Source: Eledone cirrhosa (lineage: Eukaryota). From it: a stretch of DNA of 64,000 bases. The notes under the pieces are model-generated. The model had not been told where the DNA came from. It worked only from the letters and a program-made list of their open reading frames with translations, and did not search any database. The stretch spans positions 51,026,001 through 51,090,000 of the forward strand of contig OZ024740.1 in NCBI GenBank assembly GCA_964016885.1, read 5' to 3'. Position numbers and translations under genes: made by a program. Shown here in pieces: positions 26,031 to 38,932 of this stretch. The number at the start of each line of letters is the position of its first letter. Position 1 is the first letter of the stretch.

Positions 26031-27398
26031 ATCATCATCATCATCATCGTTTAACGTCCATCTTCCACGCTTGCATGGGTTTGGACGGGAGTTTTCCCAC
26101 TTGAGGCAAGATTTGTTGTCCTGCTCGTATAGGACTGTCTGGCGGGTTTTCTACGGCTGGATGCCCTTCCTAACACCAACCACGTTTACAGTGTGGACTG
26201 GGAGGTTTTTACCGTGTTACCTACACGGCCACATTACAGCGTGGACTGTGTGTTTTTTTGTCGTGACACCTACACGACCTCATTTGTTTCGGACTGGATG
26301 TTGTGGTACCAACATAACTTTACATTGAAAGGGGTGGTGTGGGTGGGGTGGGGGTAGTGGGACGGGGGTGTATTTTTGTTAGAGGTGCCTACTGATTGTA
26401 GTAGGTTTCACTTTGTACTTAGGTAAGGCGGGTCTTCTGTATTACTGTGTAGCGCCAAAGATCACGGTCCAGTGACATTGTCTTGGAGAGGTGTAAGTGT
26501 GTGAGGTCGGAATTTATCAAGTCGTCCCAGGTTTTTCTGGGTCTGCCTACTCCGTGGTTACCGTCTATTTTTATTGCTCTGCACTTTTTTATACAGCTGT
26601 CGTCTTTCATGCGCATCACGTGACCATACCAACGTAGTCTTCTCTCGAGTAAACAACATCTGATCCCTCTTATTTCTAATTTTTCCCTTAGTTCGTTTAT
26701 GCTTTGCGGTTCACGTATATTACTATTACACATCCAGCGGAGCATGCAAGCTTCGTTCTTCTCCAGTCTGCATATATCCTCTGCACACAATGCCCAGGTC
26801 TCACTGCCAGTAACATTGCTGTTCGTATGCAGGCATCATACAGCCTGCCTTTCATTTTTAGAGAGAACCCTTTAGCGGCTAATAGTGGTATAAGCTCACT
26901 GAACTTTTTCCATCCGGCTCTGACTCTAGTTACTGTACTTTCAGAGCACCCTCCACCACTGCTGATTTTGTCACCCAAGTAACGGAAGGTGTCCACTATT
27001 TCTATAGAACCATCTGTGCAATGGAATGAGCTAGTATTCTGTGGGTACTTGCTGCTACTTATTGCACCAGAGCACCGGCCACATATAAAATCTATGTTCT
27101 TAGTTAGCTTACCTGTGATCCCATTACATCTTTTATGCACCCATACTTTGCATTTGGGACATAAAATGGAGTTTCTACCTACGCCTTTCCTACACACTGA
27201 GCATGGCCATTTCCCGGATGGAACCGGTGCCCTATTTTCCTTCCTACAAACTAGAACTTTAGTCTTAGACAGGTTAATTTTAAGGCCTTTTGATTCTAGG
27301 CCATGCTTCCATCTTTGGAATTTCTTCTCTAGTTCAGCCATTGATTCAGCTATGAGCGTTAGATCATCTGCGTATAGGAGTTCCCATGGGCAGCCGGT
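26031..27398 (-). mobile_element. 5'-truncated RTE copy
   Basis: Starts at TGCPWELLYADD; PHD and C-terminus present; frameshift at ~26810; full 3' UTR and tail next to (TA)n. Confidence 0.95.
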
Positions 27399-27556
27399 GA
27401 AGGAAGTATGGTAAAGAACCAGATGGACCATAACACACCAGAGTACTCGATACTTAGGGTAGTAGAGTGGGTAATAGGAAAAGAGCCAGGACCCTGACGG
27501 CTGAGCTCCAGCCATTTCGACAGCTAGATCTGCTGAAATGGCCAGAGCTTTTTTCG
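27399..27556 (-). mobile_element. PLE family-A terminus fused to the RTE 5' junction
   Basis: Reverse-complement homolog of 21580-21703 with a short fold-back (CCATTTC..GAAATGG). Smaller pieces occur at 15143-15195 and 28350-28392. Confidence 0.75.
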
Positions 27557-27569
27557 CCTATATATATAT

Positions 27570-27831
27570 CAGTGGCGAAGGGTAACCTGGAAAGCAGGGC
27601 ATGCAGTCCAATCCCCATGGCAGAAAGTGGAGCTGTGCAGCCTCCCCACCCCCTCCAATTCCCTCTAAATGACCCTCCCGGTCAAAGCCACATGTAGTGT
27701 TATCTAGTGTGTGTGTGTGTTATCTTTTTATGTGTCTATGATTTAGTAAACAGTCAAAATTCTGCTTGCTTCAACCGAAGCAATTGATTAACTCAAGATT
27801 CTATAACGCATGCACGGACCCTTCGCCCCTG
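27570..27831. mobile_element. hAT-like MITE in (TA)n
   Basis: 14-bp TIR CAG(T/G)GGCGAAGGGT, 13/14 match. Confidence 0.72.
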
Positions 27832-28052
27832 ATATATATATATATATATATATATGTATACACATATATATATGATGTTATGTGTATCCTAGTCCTCAGA
27901 ATAGACACACCATATCCCTGCATGTTGTAAGAGGTAACTAAAAGGGTTGGAGTCAAGAAGAGCACCTGGCTATAAAACATTGTCCAGAACGACATGTTCA
28001 ACACATGCAAGCAAGGAAATGTGGACATAAAAACAATATGTATATACACATG

Positions 28053-28090
<38 letters not shown>

Positions 28091-28110
28091 GTTATGTAAT
28101 AAAGTACTTC

Positions 28111-28164
<54 letters not shown>

Positions 28165-28404
28165 GTATATATATGTATAGATATATATTTACATAGGAAG
28201 AGCATCTAGCTGTAAAAATCCCAGCCAAAATATAGTTCCGTTTGAGCAAAGTACAGCACGGCCAACTGGCCAGACTTGTCTCATAATGTGGACAACCTGT
28301 CTAACCCATGCAAGCATAGAAAAATAGATGTTAAACAGTGATGATGATGTGCGTTATGGTCCACCTGGTATCTTACCACACCCTTTTTGTTATATATATA
28401 TATA

Positions 28405-28835
28405 TACACACAATAAGGATAATTGCAAAGATCCAATGTAGATGTTCAAAATTCCTTTATTTATAAAGTTGTAATACATATTTCAATGGCATTCATAGTT
28501 ATTTGATGTTTCAATCTCACAACCATTAAGGCTACATCATGAGAGAGCATCTTTTGCAATAAGGTTATATTGCCAATACATTATAAGCTATAGACAGAGG
28601 AATGAACCAGTATGATGTTTTCACTAGAGGATTGTTCCCTTGTCTTTAGCTTATATTGCATTGGCAATGTAACTTTATTGCATAAGATGCTGTCTAATGA
28701 TGTAGCCTTACTGGGTGTGAGATTGAAGCATCACATAACCATGAACAGAATTGAAATATGTATTACAGCTTTATAAATAAAGGAATTTTGAACATCTTGA
28801 ACATTTTGATCTTCACAATTATCCTTACTGTGTGT
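28405..28835. repeat. ~430-bp degenerate palindrome of a PLE-like terminus
   Basis: Arms of ~190 bp; the right arm has GCTGT CTAATGA...GAAA T ATGT ATT ACAGC followed by AATAAA. Confidence 0.8.
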
Positions 28836-29034
28836 CTAGTGATGGAAATGGGTTTTAAAAACTAGGGATATGCTAAAGTCCATGAGGCTGAGATTGTGAA
28901 GGAATGTGCGGTACACACTATAAGCTCTCCCTCCTTTCTGTAAACTGAAAGGTTGGGGAACCTTGCATATAGCTACTCATTTTCCTCACTGTATACTCAT
29001 ACACAGAACTGCAAATAAGAAATGAGTACTTTAA

Positions 29035-32000
29035 CCGACAGTGACTATATAATTATTGCTGGCGACCTAAATGGTCACGTTGGACAACACCGTGACGGCT
29101 ATGACAGAATCCATGGAGGCTATGGGTTTGGTACTAGAAATGAGGAAGGCTCCAGAATCCTGGAATTCTGTGACGCAAATAATCTAACTATCTGTAACAC
29201 AAACTTCAAAAAACGAGACAATCACTTGATCACCTATAGATCAGGGGAACACGCCAGTCAGATAGATTATATCCTTACCAGAACACGGGACAGAGCGTCT
29301 GTTGTAAACACCAAATCCCTCCCCCATGAAGAATGCACCTCCCAACATAGCCTCATAGTTAGCGACCTCATAGTCAGGACGAGACATATTCGACAACAGA
29401 GGAAGACTATTCTTAGGAGAAAAATATGGAAGTTAAAGGACCCCACAGCCAGAAATAAATTTAAAAGCATATTACTTGATGCTTTTGACAGTAAGGAAGA
29501 GCAATTAGAGTCGTACAATATAGAGGAACAGTGGGAATTCCTGAAAGCTAACCTGCTGAAGGTGACAGATGAAATCTGTGGCTGGAGCAGACCTATAGGC
29601 AGGAGGAGAGTAACTTGGTGGTGGAACAGTAAGGTGGAGGAATCGATCAAGGCCAAAAAGCAGGCTTGGAAAGTATGGCGGGATGGGAGAAGTAGAGAAG
29701 ACTATCAAGTGGCCAGGAGGGAAGCTAGGAGACAAGTGTACTTCGCAAGAAGGGAAGCAGAGGAAAGAAAGTTCAAGCATGTTCTACAACGCGAGGACCA
29801 AAAACGTGAGGTGTTCAGGATTGCTAGGCAATGTGTCAAGGAAAACCGTGATATTGTCGGGGAGAAGTGTGTCCTTAATGATGATGGTATACTTGCCATC
29901 ACTGACGCTGATAAGAAGGTAGCTTGGAAGTGTCACTACGAAAGGCTACTAAATGAGGAGAATAAATGGGAGAAAGACAGTCTCCCCCACATCGATCCAA
30001 TAGAGGGACCAGCAGTGCAAGTTGAAGGTAGTATAATAAGTAAGGCAATCAAAGACATGAAGACAGGCAAGGCGGCTGGGCCTTCGGAAATAGTTGCTGA
30101 AATGCTGAAAGCATCTGGAACGGTGGGACACACTATGGTCACCCGGATAGTAAACCAAGTCATACAGAATGGAGTCGTTCCGAAGGAATGGCACAGCATC
30201 ATCATCATTAACTGCTACAAGGGTAAAGGAGATGCCCTAGATAGGGGAAACTATAGAGGCATTAAATTAATTGACCCAGTCATGAAGGTCAGAGAAAAAG
30301 TAATAGCACAACTAATCAGAGAGCGAATTGATCTAGATGAAATGCAGTTCGGGTTTGTGTCAGGTAAAAGTACAACAGACGCTCTTTTCATTGTACGACA
30401 ACTACAGGAGAAGTACCTAGCTAAAAGTAAACCCCTATACTTAGCTTTTGTTGACTTGGAGAAAGCCTTTGACAGAGTACCCCACTCGATTATCTGGTGG
30501 GCCCTTAGAAAACTAGGTGTTGATGAATGGCTTGTGAGAGCTATACAAGCCATGTATAAAGAAACAGTCAGCAAGGTTAGACTTAACAACGAATATAGTG
30601 AAGAGTTTAGCATAAAAGTTGGTGTTCATCAGGGCTCCGTCCTTAGCCCCCTACTATTTATTATTGCCCTTCAGGCTATAACAGAGGAGTTCAAGACCGG
30701 CTGCCCATGGGAACTTCTATACACATATGATCTAACGCTCATAGCTGAATCAATGGCTGAACTAGAGAAGAAATTCCAAACATGGAAGCATGGCCTAGAA
30801 TCAAAAGGCCTTAAAATTAACCTGTCTAAGACTAAAGTTCTAGTTTGTAGGATGGAAAATAGGGCACTGGTCCCATCTGGGAAATGGCCATGCTCAGTGT
30901 GTAGGAAAGGAGTAGGCAGAAACTCCATTTTATGTCCCAAATGCAAAGTATGGGTGCATAAAAGATGTAATGGGATCACAGGTAAGCTAACTAAGAATAT
31001 AGATTTTATATGTGGCCGGTGCTCAGGTGCAATAAGTAGCAGCAAGTGCCCACAGAATACTAGCTCATTCCAGTGCACAGATGGTTCTATAGAAATAGTG
31101 GACACCTTCCGTTACCTGGGTGACAAAATCAGCAGTGGTGGGGGGTGCTCTTAAAGTACAGTAGCTAGAGTCAGAACGGGATGGAAAAAGTTCAGAGACC
31201 TTATACCACTATTGGCCGCTAAAGGGTTCTCTCTAAAAATGAAAGGCAGGCTGTATGATGCCTGCATATGAACAGCAATGTTACATGGCAGTGAGACTTG
31301 GGCATTGTGTGCAGAGGATATACGCAGACTGGAGAAGAACGAAGCTTGCATGCTCCGTTGGATGTGTAATAGTAATATATACATGAACGGCAAAGCATAA
31401 ATGAACTAAGGGAGAAATTAGGAATAAGAGGAATCAGATGTTGTTTACTCGAGAGAAGACTACATTGGTATGGCCCCGTGATGCACATGAAAGACGACAG
31501 CTGTATAAAAAAGTGCAGGGCAATAAAAATAGACGGTAGCCACGGAGTAGGCAGACCCAGAAAAACCTGGGACGACTTGATAAATTCCGACCTCACACAC
31601 TTACACCTCTCCAAGACAATGTCACTGGACCGAGATCTTTGGCGCTACACAGTAATACAGAAGACCCGCCTTGTCTATGTACAAAGTGAAACCTACTACA
31701 GTCAGTAGGCACCTCTAACAAAAATACACCCCCGTCCTACCACCCCCACCCCATCCACACCACCCCTTTCGATGTAAAGTTATGTTGGTACCACAACATC
31801 CAGTCCGAAATAAATGAGGTCGTGTAGGTGTCACGAAAAAAAACACACAGTCCACGCTGTAATGTGGCCGTGTAGGTAACACGGTAAAAACCTCCCAGTC
31901 CACACTGTAAACGTGGTTGGTGTTAGGAAGGGCATCCAGCCGTAGAAAACCCGCCAGACAGTCCTACACGAGCAAGACAACCAATCTTGCCTCAAGTGGG

Positions 32001-32070
32001 AAAACTCCCGTCCAAACCCATGCAAGCGTGGAAGATGGACGTTAAACGATGATGATGATGATGATGATGA
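29035..32070 (+). mobile_element. 5'-truncated, inactivated RTE copy (includes ORFs 29022-31154 and 31478-31708)
   Basis: Highly similar to the full copy from mid-endonuclease onward. YADD is changed to YTYD; stops at 31152 and ~31269; frameshift at ~31378; (GAT)n tail runs into (TA)n. Confidence 0.95.
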
Positions 32071-32599
32071 TATATATATATATAGTATGTATATGTATGT
32101 ATTGGCAGATATATGGGAATATTTTCTCTATCTGACACCGCATTTTTACAGTATTTCTCTACAGTATCTTTGTAATTGAATACATAGGAAAGTAAGTATT
32201 TATGGTGAGATAGCAAAATAACCCTTAATACCTTTAGGATTACTGACTGATTTTCAACCAATCTAAAAAGAAAGAAGTAAATTAAGGTAGATAACTTTAG
32301 GAATGGGGTTACAGAGCTTTATTAACACAAGTGTCAAAGATTAGATTAGATTTTAAGAAACCTTTTTGGCAGAGTTGAAGTGTGACCAACATAGCCAGGA
32401 ATAAATAATAAGATATAGCAGATAATATTGTGTTAAGTAGGGCAGAATTTAATGGCAAACACCTGATGAAACTGAATATTTTGGTGAGTAATTCTCTAAC
32501 TTATAGTTCTGTGTTCGAATCATACCAAAGATGACATAAAATATCATCCTTCCAAGGTCATTAGAATAAACATATGTGATTTATAGTGAAGTAATTTGT

Positions 32600-32845
32600 A
32601 AAATATGCGCTCTCTGTGAGATAGTAGTGCAATGCATAACAACATCTGCTCTGTGATCAGAGTAAAGGGTCACCTCTTGGAACTGTTCAACATCATGCAC
32701 TCAGTCTGCCAATGTTTTCCTCTCTTGTCCCTATCGCATGTATTGACTCTCGAGCCACTTTTCCAAAAATTGGAGACATTGTGGGGCATACTACTACACA
32801 AACTAGGATGTGGGAGATCTGTGTCAGCATATGCCGAAACAGCTC
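32600..32845 (+). pseudogene. L1/Tx1-like RT fragment
   Basis: IRVKGHLLELFNIMHSVCQCFPLLSLSHVLTLEPL resembles the VNG..S..F.I.RSVRQGCPLSPLLYVL.LEP motif. Confidence 0.6.
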
Positions 32846-33789
32846 CAAAACAAAAATATTTTAGCCATTTATTTACATAGAATTTGAAGTTGGAGAAAAT
32901 CGACAAAATAGTGACCTTGAATATAAGCTAACCCCTCCATTTTACAGTCAATTTTTTTGTCACATGTTTTCAGCTTATATACGAGTATATAGAAAACACA
33001 CATAACAAAGGGAACAAAGTATGTCAGTTGATTTAAAAAGAAGTTAAAGAAATGCGCAACATAGCATCACAGAAACATTCTATATAATTCATCACCCTAT
33101 AAAATATAGAACTAGGCTTGACCTGCTGATCTACAATATTATTTCTGTTAAAGGCATTTAACAACTTCCTCTCTCCCCTGCATTACTTGACATGACATCT
33201 CATAGCACTAACCATATGATTAATTGCTGCAGCACCTGATGCCTTTGTTTCTCTTCATTATCCTCACCAAATTTGTAAGAGGTAATGTTTTTGAAACCTG
33301 ACTACAGCTTGAAACCTCCAGTATTACACTCAAAGAAATATTTTCCAGATTTTACACACTTAAATCACTAGGTTGTCTTGAGCACTTTTATATTTTGGTA
33401 CTAATGCATTTACAAACGTTTGTATACACATTCACATATATACATCTTTATATGTATATATGTCTTGAATAAGACCCGTCCCACCCTTGCAAGCAGGGAA
33501 AGGTGGACGTAAAATGATGATGATGATGATATATAGAGATGCAGAGAAGTAAGAACTAAGGGCAGATGTAAAGTAGATTCTGTCAGCTGACAGGGAGGCT
33601 CCCAAGAGATTTTTGACAACTTTTTTTACCTAAAATGTAATTTGTAGTGGAGGAGGTTGCTCAAAAGTGTATTAAGTAGCCAGTGTAAGGACAGACTGGT
33701 AGGTGTCAGAATGAAGGGCAGACTATATCATGTCTGCGTATGAACTACAATGCTACATAGCAGTAAGACACAGGCTTTGACTGCAGAAT

Positions 33790-34130
33790 AATAGCAAAAG
33801 CTAGAAAGAAATGAAGCAAATATGCCTCGGTGGAAGTATAATGTTAGTGTGCAAAAACAACAAAGCATGAGTGAGCAGAGAGATAAAGTTGAGAGGAGTT
33901 GAATTTAGTGTGTAAGAGAGAAGACTGCATTGGTATGGACATGTAATGCATATGGAAGATGACGGATGTATAAAGAGGTGCAAAGAGATCTCAATACTTG
34001 TAGAAGAGGCAGACTCAGGAAATCATGGAATGGGTGAGGCTGACTTAAAGAAGTTGAACCTTACACCAGAGATGACAACGGGCTGTGAGGATTGGTGACA
34101 TGCTATACTGGTGAAGACTCAACTACCAAC
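33790..34130 (+). mobile_element. Old degenerate RTE C-terminal fragment
   Basis: Frameshifted ERRLHWYGHVMHMEDDGCIKRC and GRLRKSW. Confidence 0.75.
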
Positions 34131-34658
34131 ATAAAATGTGACCAGACCTGACCAAACCATATGCCACCCCTTAGTAGCTATTCTCAGCATCACTATATAC
34201 TGTATACTCTACCCATACTCAATCAAGGATCACCTCCACCCCTCTTAAATCCTAACACCTACACTTTCCCCCACTCTACCCAGAATCACCCATACTCTAA
34301 ATTCTTGGCATACCAGTCATAACCCATTAGTAGCTGTTATAATTATTGTAACTTCCATGCTATCTATTGGAGATTACACCTTCTTCTCAAATCCCACCAC
34401 CTTACCACACTTGTCATATAGCCATGACACCATACTTATCATCCTTCTAACTCAACCTCAAGAGGTAGACATTCCAGCTTAAATTGTCATTGACAGTTAC
34501 TTTTAGTGTTATTACACTAGTGGAGGGTTTCCCCTGAGAGAAGAGAATATATATACATATTGACAGTCTGCGGTACAGGGGACTGGGAAGACCACAAACC
34601 AGAGAAGTACTCCATGCATGATGCAGAATGGGTATAACAGTGAAAGTACATAAACCAG

Positions 34659-36234
34659 TCATCATCATCATCATCATCATCACCGTTTTACGTCCGTTCT
34701 TCCACGCTAGCATGGGTTAGACGGGTTGTCCTGTTGTGGGCAGTGTCTGGTCGGCTGACCATGCCTTGCTCATACAGGAACTGATCTGGCTTGATTTCTA
34801 CAGCTGGATGCCCTTCCTAACACCAACCTCATTTACAGTGAGTGCTGGGTGCTTTTTCGTGGCGCCTACACGTCCACTTTACAGTGTGGGCTGGGTGCTT
34901 TTTTGCCGTGGCACCTCCACGACCACCTTGCGGTGGGGGGGGGGGCATATTGTTTATATGCTTCAGCATGTACCCATGGGAGGTCGGGTACCCTGTATTA
35001 CTGCGTGACGCCAGAAGTCACGGTCGTGTGTCATTGACTTTGAGAGGTGTAGTTGGGTAAGGTCGGCTTTTATCACCTCATCCCAAGTCATCTTGGGTCT
35101 CCCCACTCCGCGGTTTCCATCAACTTCTAGTGCTCTGCACCTTTTTATGCAGCTGTCATCCTTCATACGCATCACATGTCCATACCAGCGTAACCGCCTC
35201 TCCTGCACGCAGCATTTGATTCTTCTTATGCTCAGTCTCTCTCTCAATTCCTTTATGCTTTGTCGTTCACGTATATTACTGTTACACATCCATCGGAGCA
35301 TGCAGGCTTCGTTTCTCTCTAATCTACGTAAGTCTTCCACCTTCAGCGCCCAGGTCTCACTACCATGCAACATCGCTGTTCGGATACACGCATCATACAG
35401 TCTGCCTTTCATTCTGAGGGAGAAGCCTTTTGCAGCTAGCAGTGGTAGTAGTTCCCTAAACTTCTTCCATCCCGTTCTTACCCTAGTTATTGTACTTTCT
35501 GAGCACCCACCTCCGTTGCTAATTCGGTCACCTAGGTAGCAGAAGCTGTCTACTGTTTCTACAGGGCCCTCCCAGAGATTGGTGGTACTTGTTTCCTGTG
35601 GCTGTTTGCTTGCTGTTTCAGCACAGCTGCTGCATGTGAATCCTACATTCTTAATTAAGCTTCCTGAGATCCCGCTACATCTCTTGTGTACCCATTGTTT
35701 GCATTTGGGGCAGAGAATGGAGTTCCTACCTACACCTTTCCTACATACTGAGCAAGGCCATTTCCCTGAGGGGATCTGGGTTCTGTTTTCTCGTCTACTT
35801 ATAAGGACCTTAGTCTTTGTCATGTTGACTTTGAGGCCCTTTCTCTCTAGTCCCTGCTTCCAGGTTTGGAATTTATTCTCTAGTTCTACCATAGATTCAG
35901 CTATGAGTGCGAGGTCATCAGCATACAGGAGTTCCCATGGGCATCCGGTCTTAAACTCCTCCGTTATTGCCTGCAGGACTATGATGAACAGGAGAGGGCT
36001 AAGAACAGAGCCCTGGTGGACCCCAACCTGTACGCTAAATTCCTCGCTATACTCATTGCCAATCCTAACTTTGCTGACTGCTCCCCTATACATGGCTTGT
36101 ACCGCTTTCACAAGCCATTCATCTACTCCTAGTTTTCTAAGAGCCCACCAGATTACTGCACGTGGAACTCTGTCAAAGGCTTTCTCAAGGTCGACAAATG
36201 CCAAGTAGAGTGGCTTACTTTTAGCTAGGTACTT
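34659..36234 (-). mobile_element. 5'-truncated RTE copy of a second subfamily (ORF 34963-36204 open)
   Basis: FVDLEKAFD, YADD, PHD, FCYLG, RRLRWYGHVMR; shorter, diverged 3' UTR; (GAT)n tail; 5' end abuts (TA)n. Confidence 0.94.
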
Positions 36235-36524
36235 ATATATATATATACTGAAAATAGTGTAATATCAGGGCATATGAACCCCTATGGAGCAGCAGCATGT
36301 GGGACCCCATTTGCTTATAATAGTGAAAGATGGGGAGAGCAAGAGAGACAGAGGCAGTGATAGTATGAATTTGATTCCATTATATTCAGACCTAATATAT
36401 GTAAACATACATATGCTCCTACCACCAGGCTCTTCCCTCATAAACAACACCTGATTCTCCTCATTCCCATGGAAAAAAGTGGACATTAGAAGCTAATTCC
36501 CATTTTTCCCCATTATGGCTATAT

Positions 36525-36565
<41 letters not shown>

Positions 36566-36568
<3 letters not shown>

Positions 36569-37345
36569 CAGTTCAGTGAGAAGGTTGTATTGAATAGATG
36601 GTTGCTTGAAACGAAAAAAATCACAGGCTATAGAGGGAATAAACAATACTAAAAGCCTGATATGGAGTTCTGATAAATTCATAACATCCCACCTTGAAGG
36701 ATACATCTATACAATCCAGGAACAAGAAATTCCCACCAAGTACTAGTGCACAAAAGAAGAAAGTCATCAGTTGACAATAAATATAAGTTGCACAAAACAA
36801 AAACCGAATACGTTAGCCATATTATTACCAACTGTGAAAGAACACCTCATTACTACCTCCTCATGAGTCATGATCTGGTAGCCAGAACATCAAGAATGCA
36901 CTATGGAAGATGAAAATAACAACAAATAAGAAGGACTATGTTGAGACTGATGACTCACAGGAATATTGGTGGAACTTAAAAATAAAAACCACCACCAAAT
37001 TAAATCATAACCTGCTTGGTATTGTTGTTTGTGACCACAGATTGAAAACATGCTCTGCTGAAGTCTGCTGCCCACTCAATGTCAAAATAGTAAGAAAAAT
37101 ACAAGAGAAGAAGGGTATCTAGAAATTATTAGACCATTGATGAGGCGTTTGCAGATCCAATACTCAAAATACATCTTTAGTTTCATATCTATTATTATTG
37201 GAGCTACAGGATATATACCAACTCGCCTGGACTAAAGTATGACTGAACTTGGATTTGTAGAAAAAGAATGTAGTTCCTTAATTCATAAGTTACAATTGGA
37301 CATGCTATCTGGAACATTAAAAATGTGTAAAACATTCTTACTATT
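36566..37345 (+). pseudogene. R4/Dong-like non-LTR retrotransposon C-terminus (degenerate CCHC knuckle + restriction-like endonuclease)
   Basis: SHLEGYIYTIQEQEIPTKY, HIITNC, EYWWNLKIKT...HN..GIVV...EVCCP, IIIGATGYIP, KLQ...GTLKMCKTFL; stops and frameshifts. Confidence 0.75.
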
Positions 37346-38884
37346 CAAAGGATGAACGATTGCACAAGAGATGATGAAAATTCCATTTTTCTTTAGAATC
37401 TTGCCACTGGGAAGGGGACAGGTAAAAAATAAACTCAAAATTAAGAAAAAGAGACAACACACATATATACACATACCTACATGTGTGTGTGTGTGTGTGT
37501 GTGCCTGTTTCCATGTACACCTTCATATTGACACTGTGTATGTCCTGGATATTAGCAGTTTCCTAAATGTCAGTGAAATAATATTATACTTAAAAAATAA
37601 AGTATGAACTGTCGCTGGGAAAAGTGTTTGGCCATAGAATGATACTGCTCAAAACCGTCATCCAACCCATGCTAGCATGGAAAAGCAGTCATATCAACGA
37701 TGGTATATATATACAATCATCATCATTATCATCACCATTTTACATCCATTTTTCCATGCTAGCATGGGTTAGATGAGTTGTCCTGTTGTGGGCAATGCTA
37801 GGACCATGTCTTGCTCTCAAATATATATATATATATAGTAATAATAAATACAAAGACCAAAATTCAAAGCGGGCTTGGTGTGGATTGTATTTATATATAA
37901 AACCATAGAGCAAATATTCATTATTAATACAGATTAAAGTTTAAGCAAAGAATTTCTGCTTTCACCCTATATAAGATCTTCTGAAACTGAGTTTCAGAAG
38001 TTTACTCGCCTTCAGATAATAACATGAGTCAACTGGATGAACTATAATGTTCTGTAAACATTAAATACCACAAATAGATGGGTGTATACACACACACACA
38101 CACACTGACTGAATACACATATGCTTTCTCTCAAAAGAAAACAACTTTTTGTTCCTTCCTTTACTCACTTTTATCTTTCTATTTCTCATTCTATCTTCTC
38201 ATGAAGAAGTAGTGTCCAAAACATAAAAAATATTTTCCTTCTATATCAAGCGTTAAACTAATATATTTCTTCATTGTACTGTGATGTTTGCTTTGTTATT
38301 TCTGTTTACTTTTTACACACACATGCATATATATATATATGCATAAATATATACATAGATATACATACATATATTTATATATACTGTAAAGTGGTCATGT
38401 AGGTACCACGACAAAAAGCGCCCAGTCCACACTGTAAATGTGGTTGGTGTTAAAAAGGGCATCCAGCCGTAGAAACCAAGCCAAATTCAGTTCTGTGTGA
38501 GCAAAACATGGTCATCTGACCTGGTTTGTTTCACAATGGGACAGTTCATCTAACCCATGCTGGCATGAGAAATGTATGTTAAACAATGATGATGATGATA
38601 TATACACATATACATATATAAACATAAAATTCATACACAAACAAACACATATATATACACACACAAACATATACGTATACATATATATATATAAAAATCA
38701 CTGAAACAACCTATCTCTAGCAGTCAACTGACGAGATGGGACTGTCAATATTCACCCATAATTTTTATTCATTATATATTTATAAACCCATGCTAGCGTG
38801 GAAGATAGACGTTAAACGATGTGCTTATATATATATCATCATCATCATCACCGTTTTACGTCCGTTCTTCCATGCTAGCATGGG

Positions 38885-38927
<43 letters not shown>

Positions 38928-38932
<5 letters not shown>

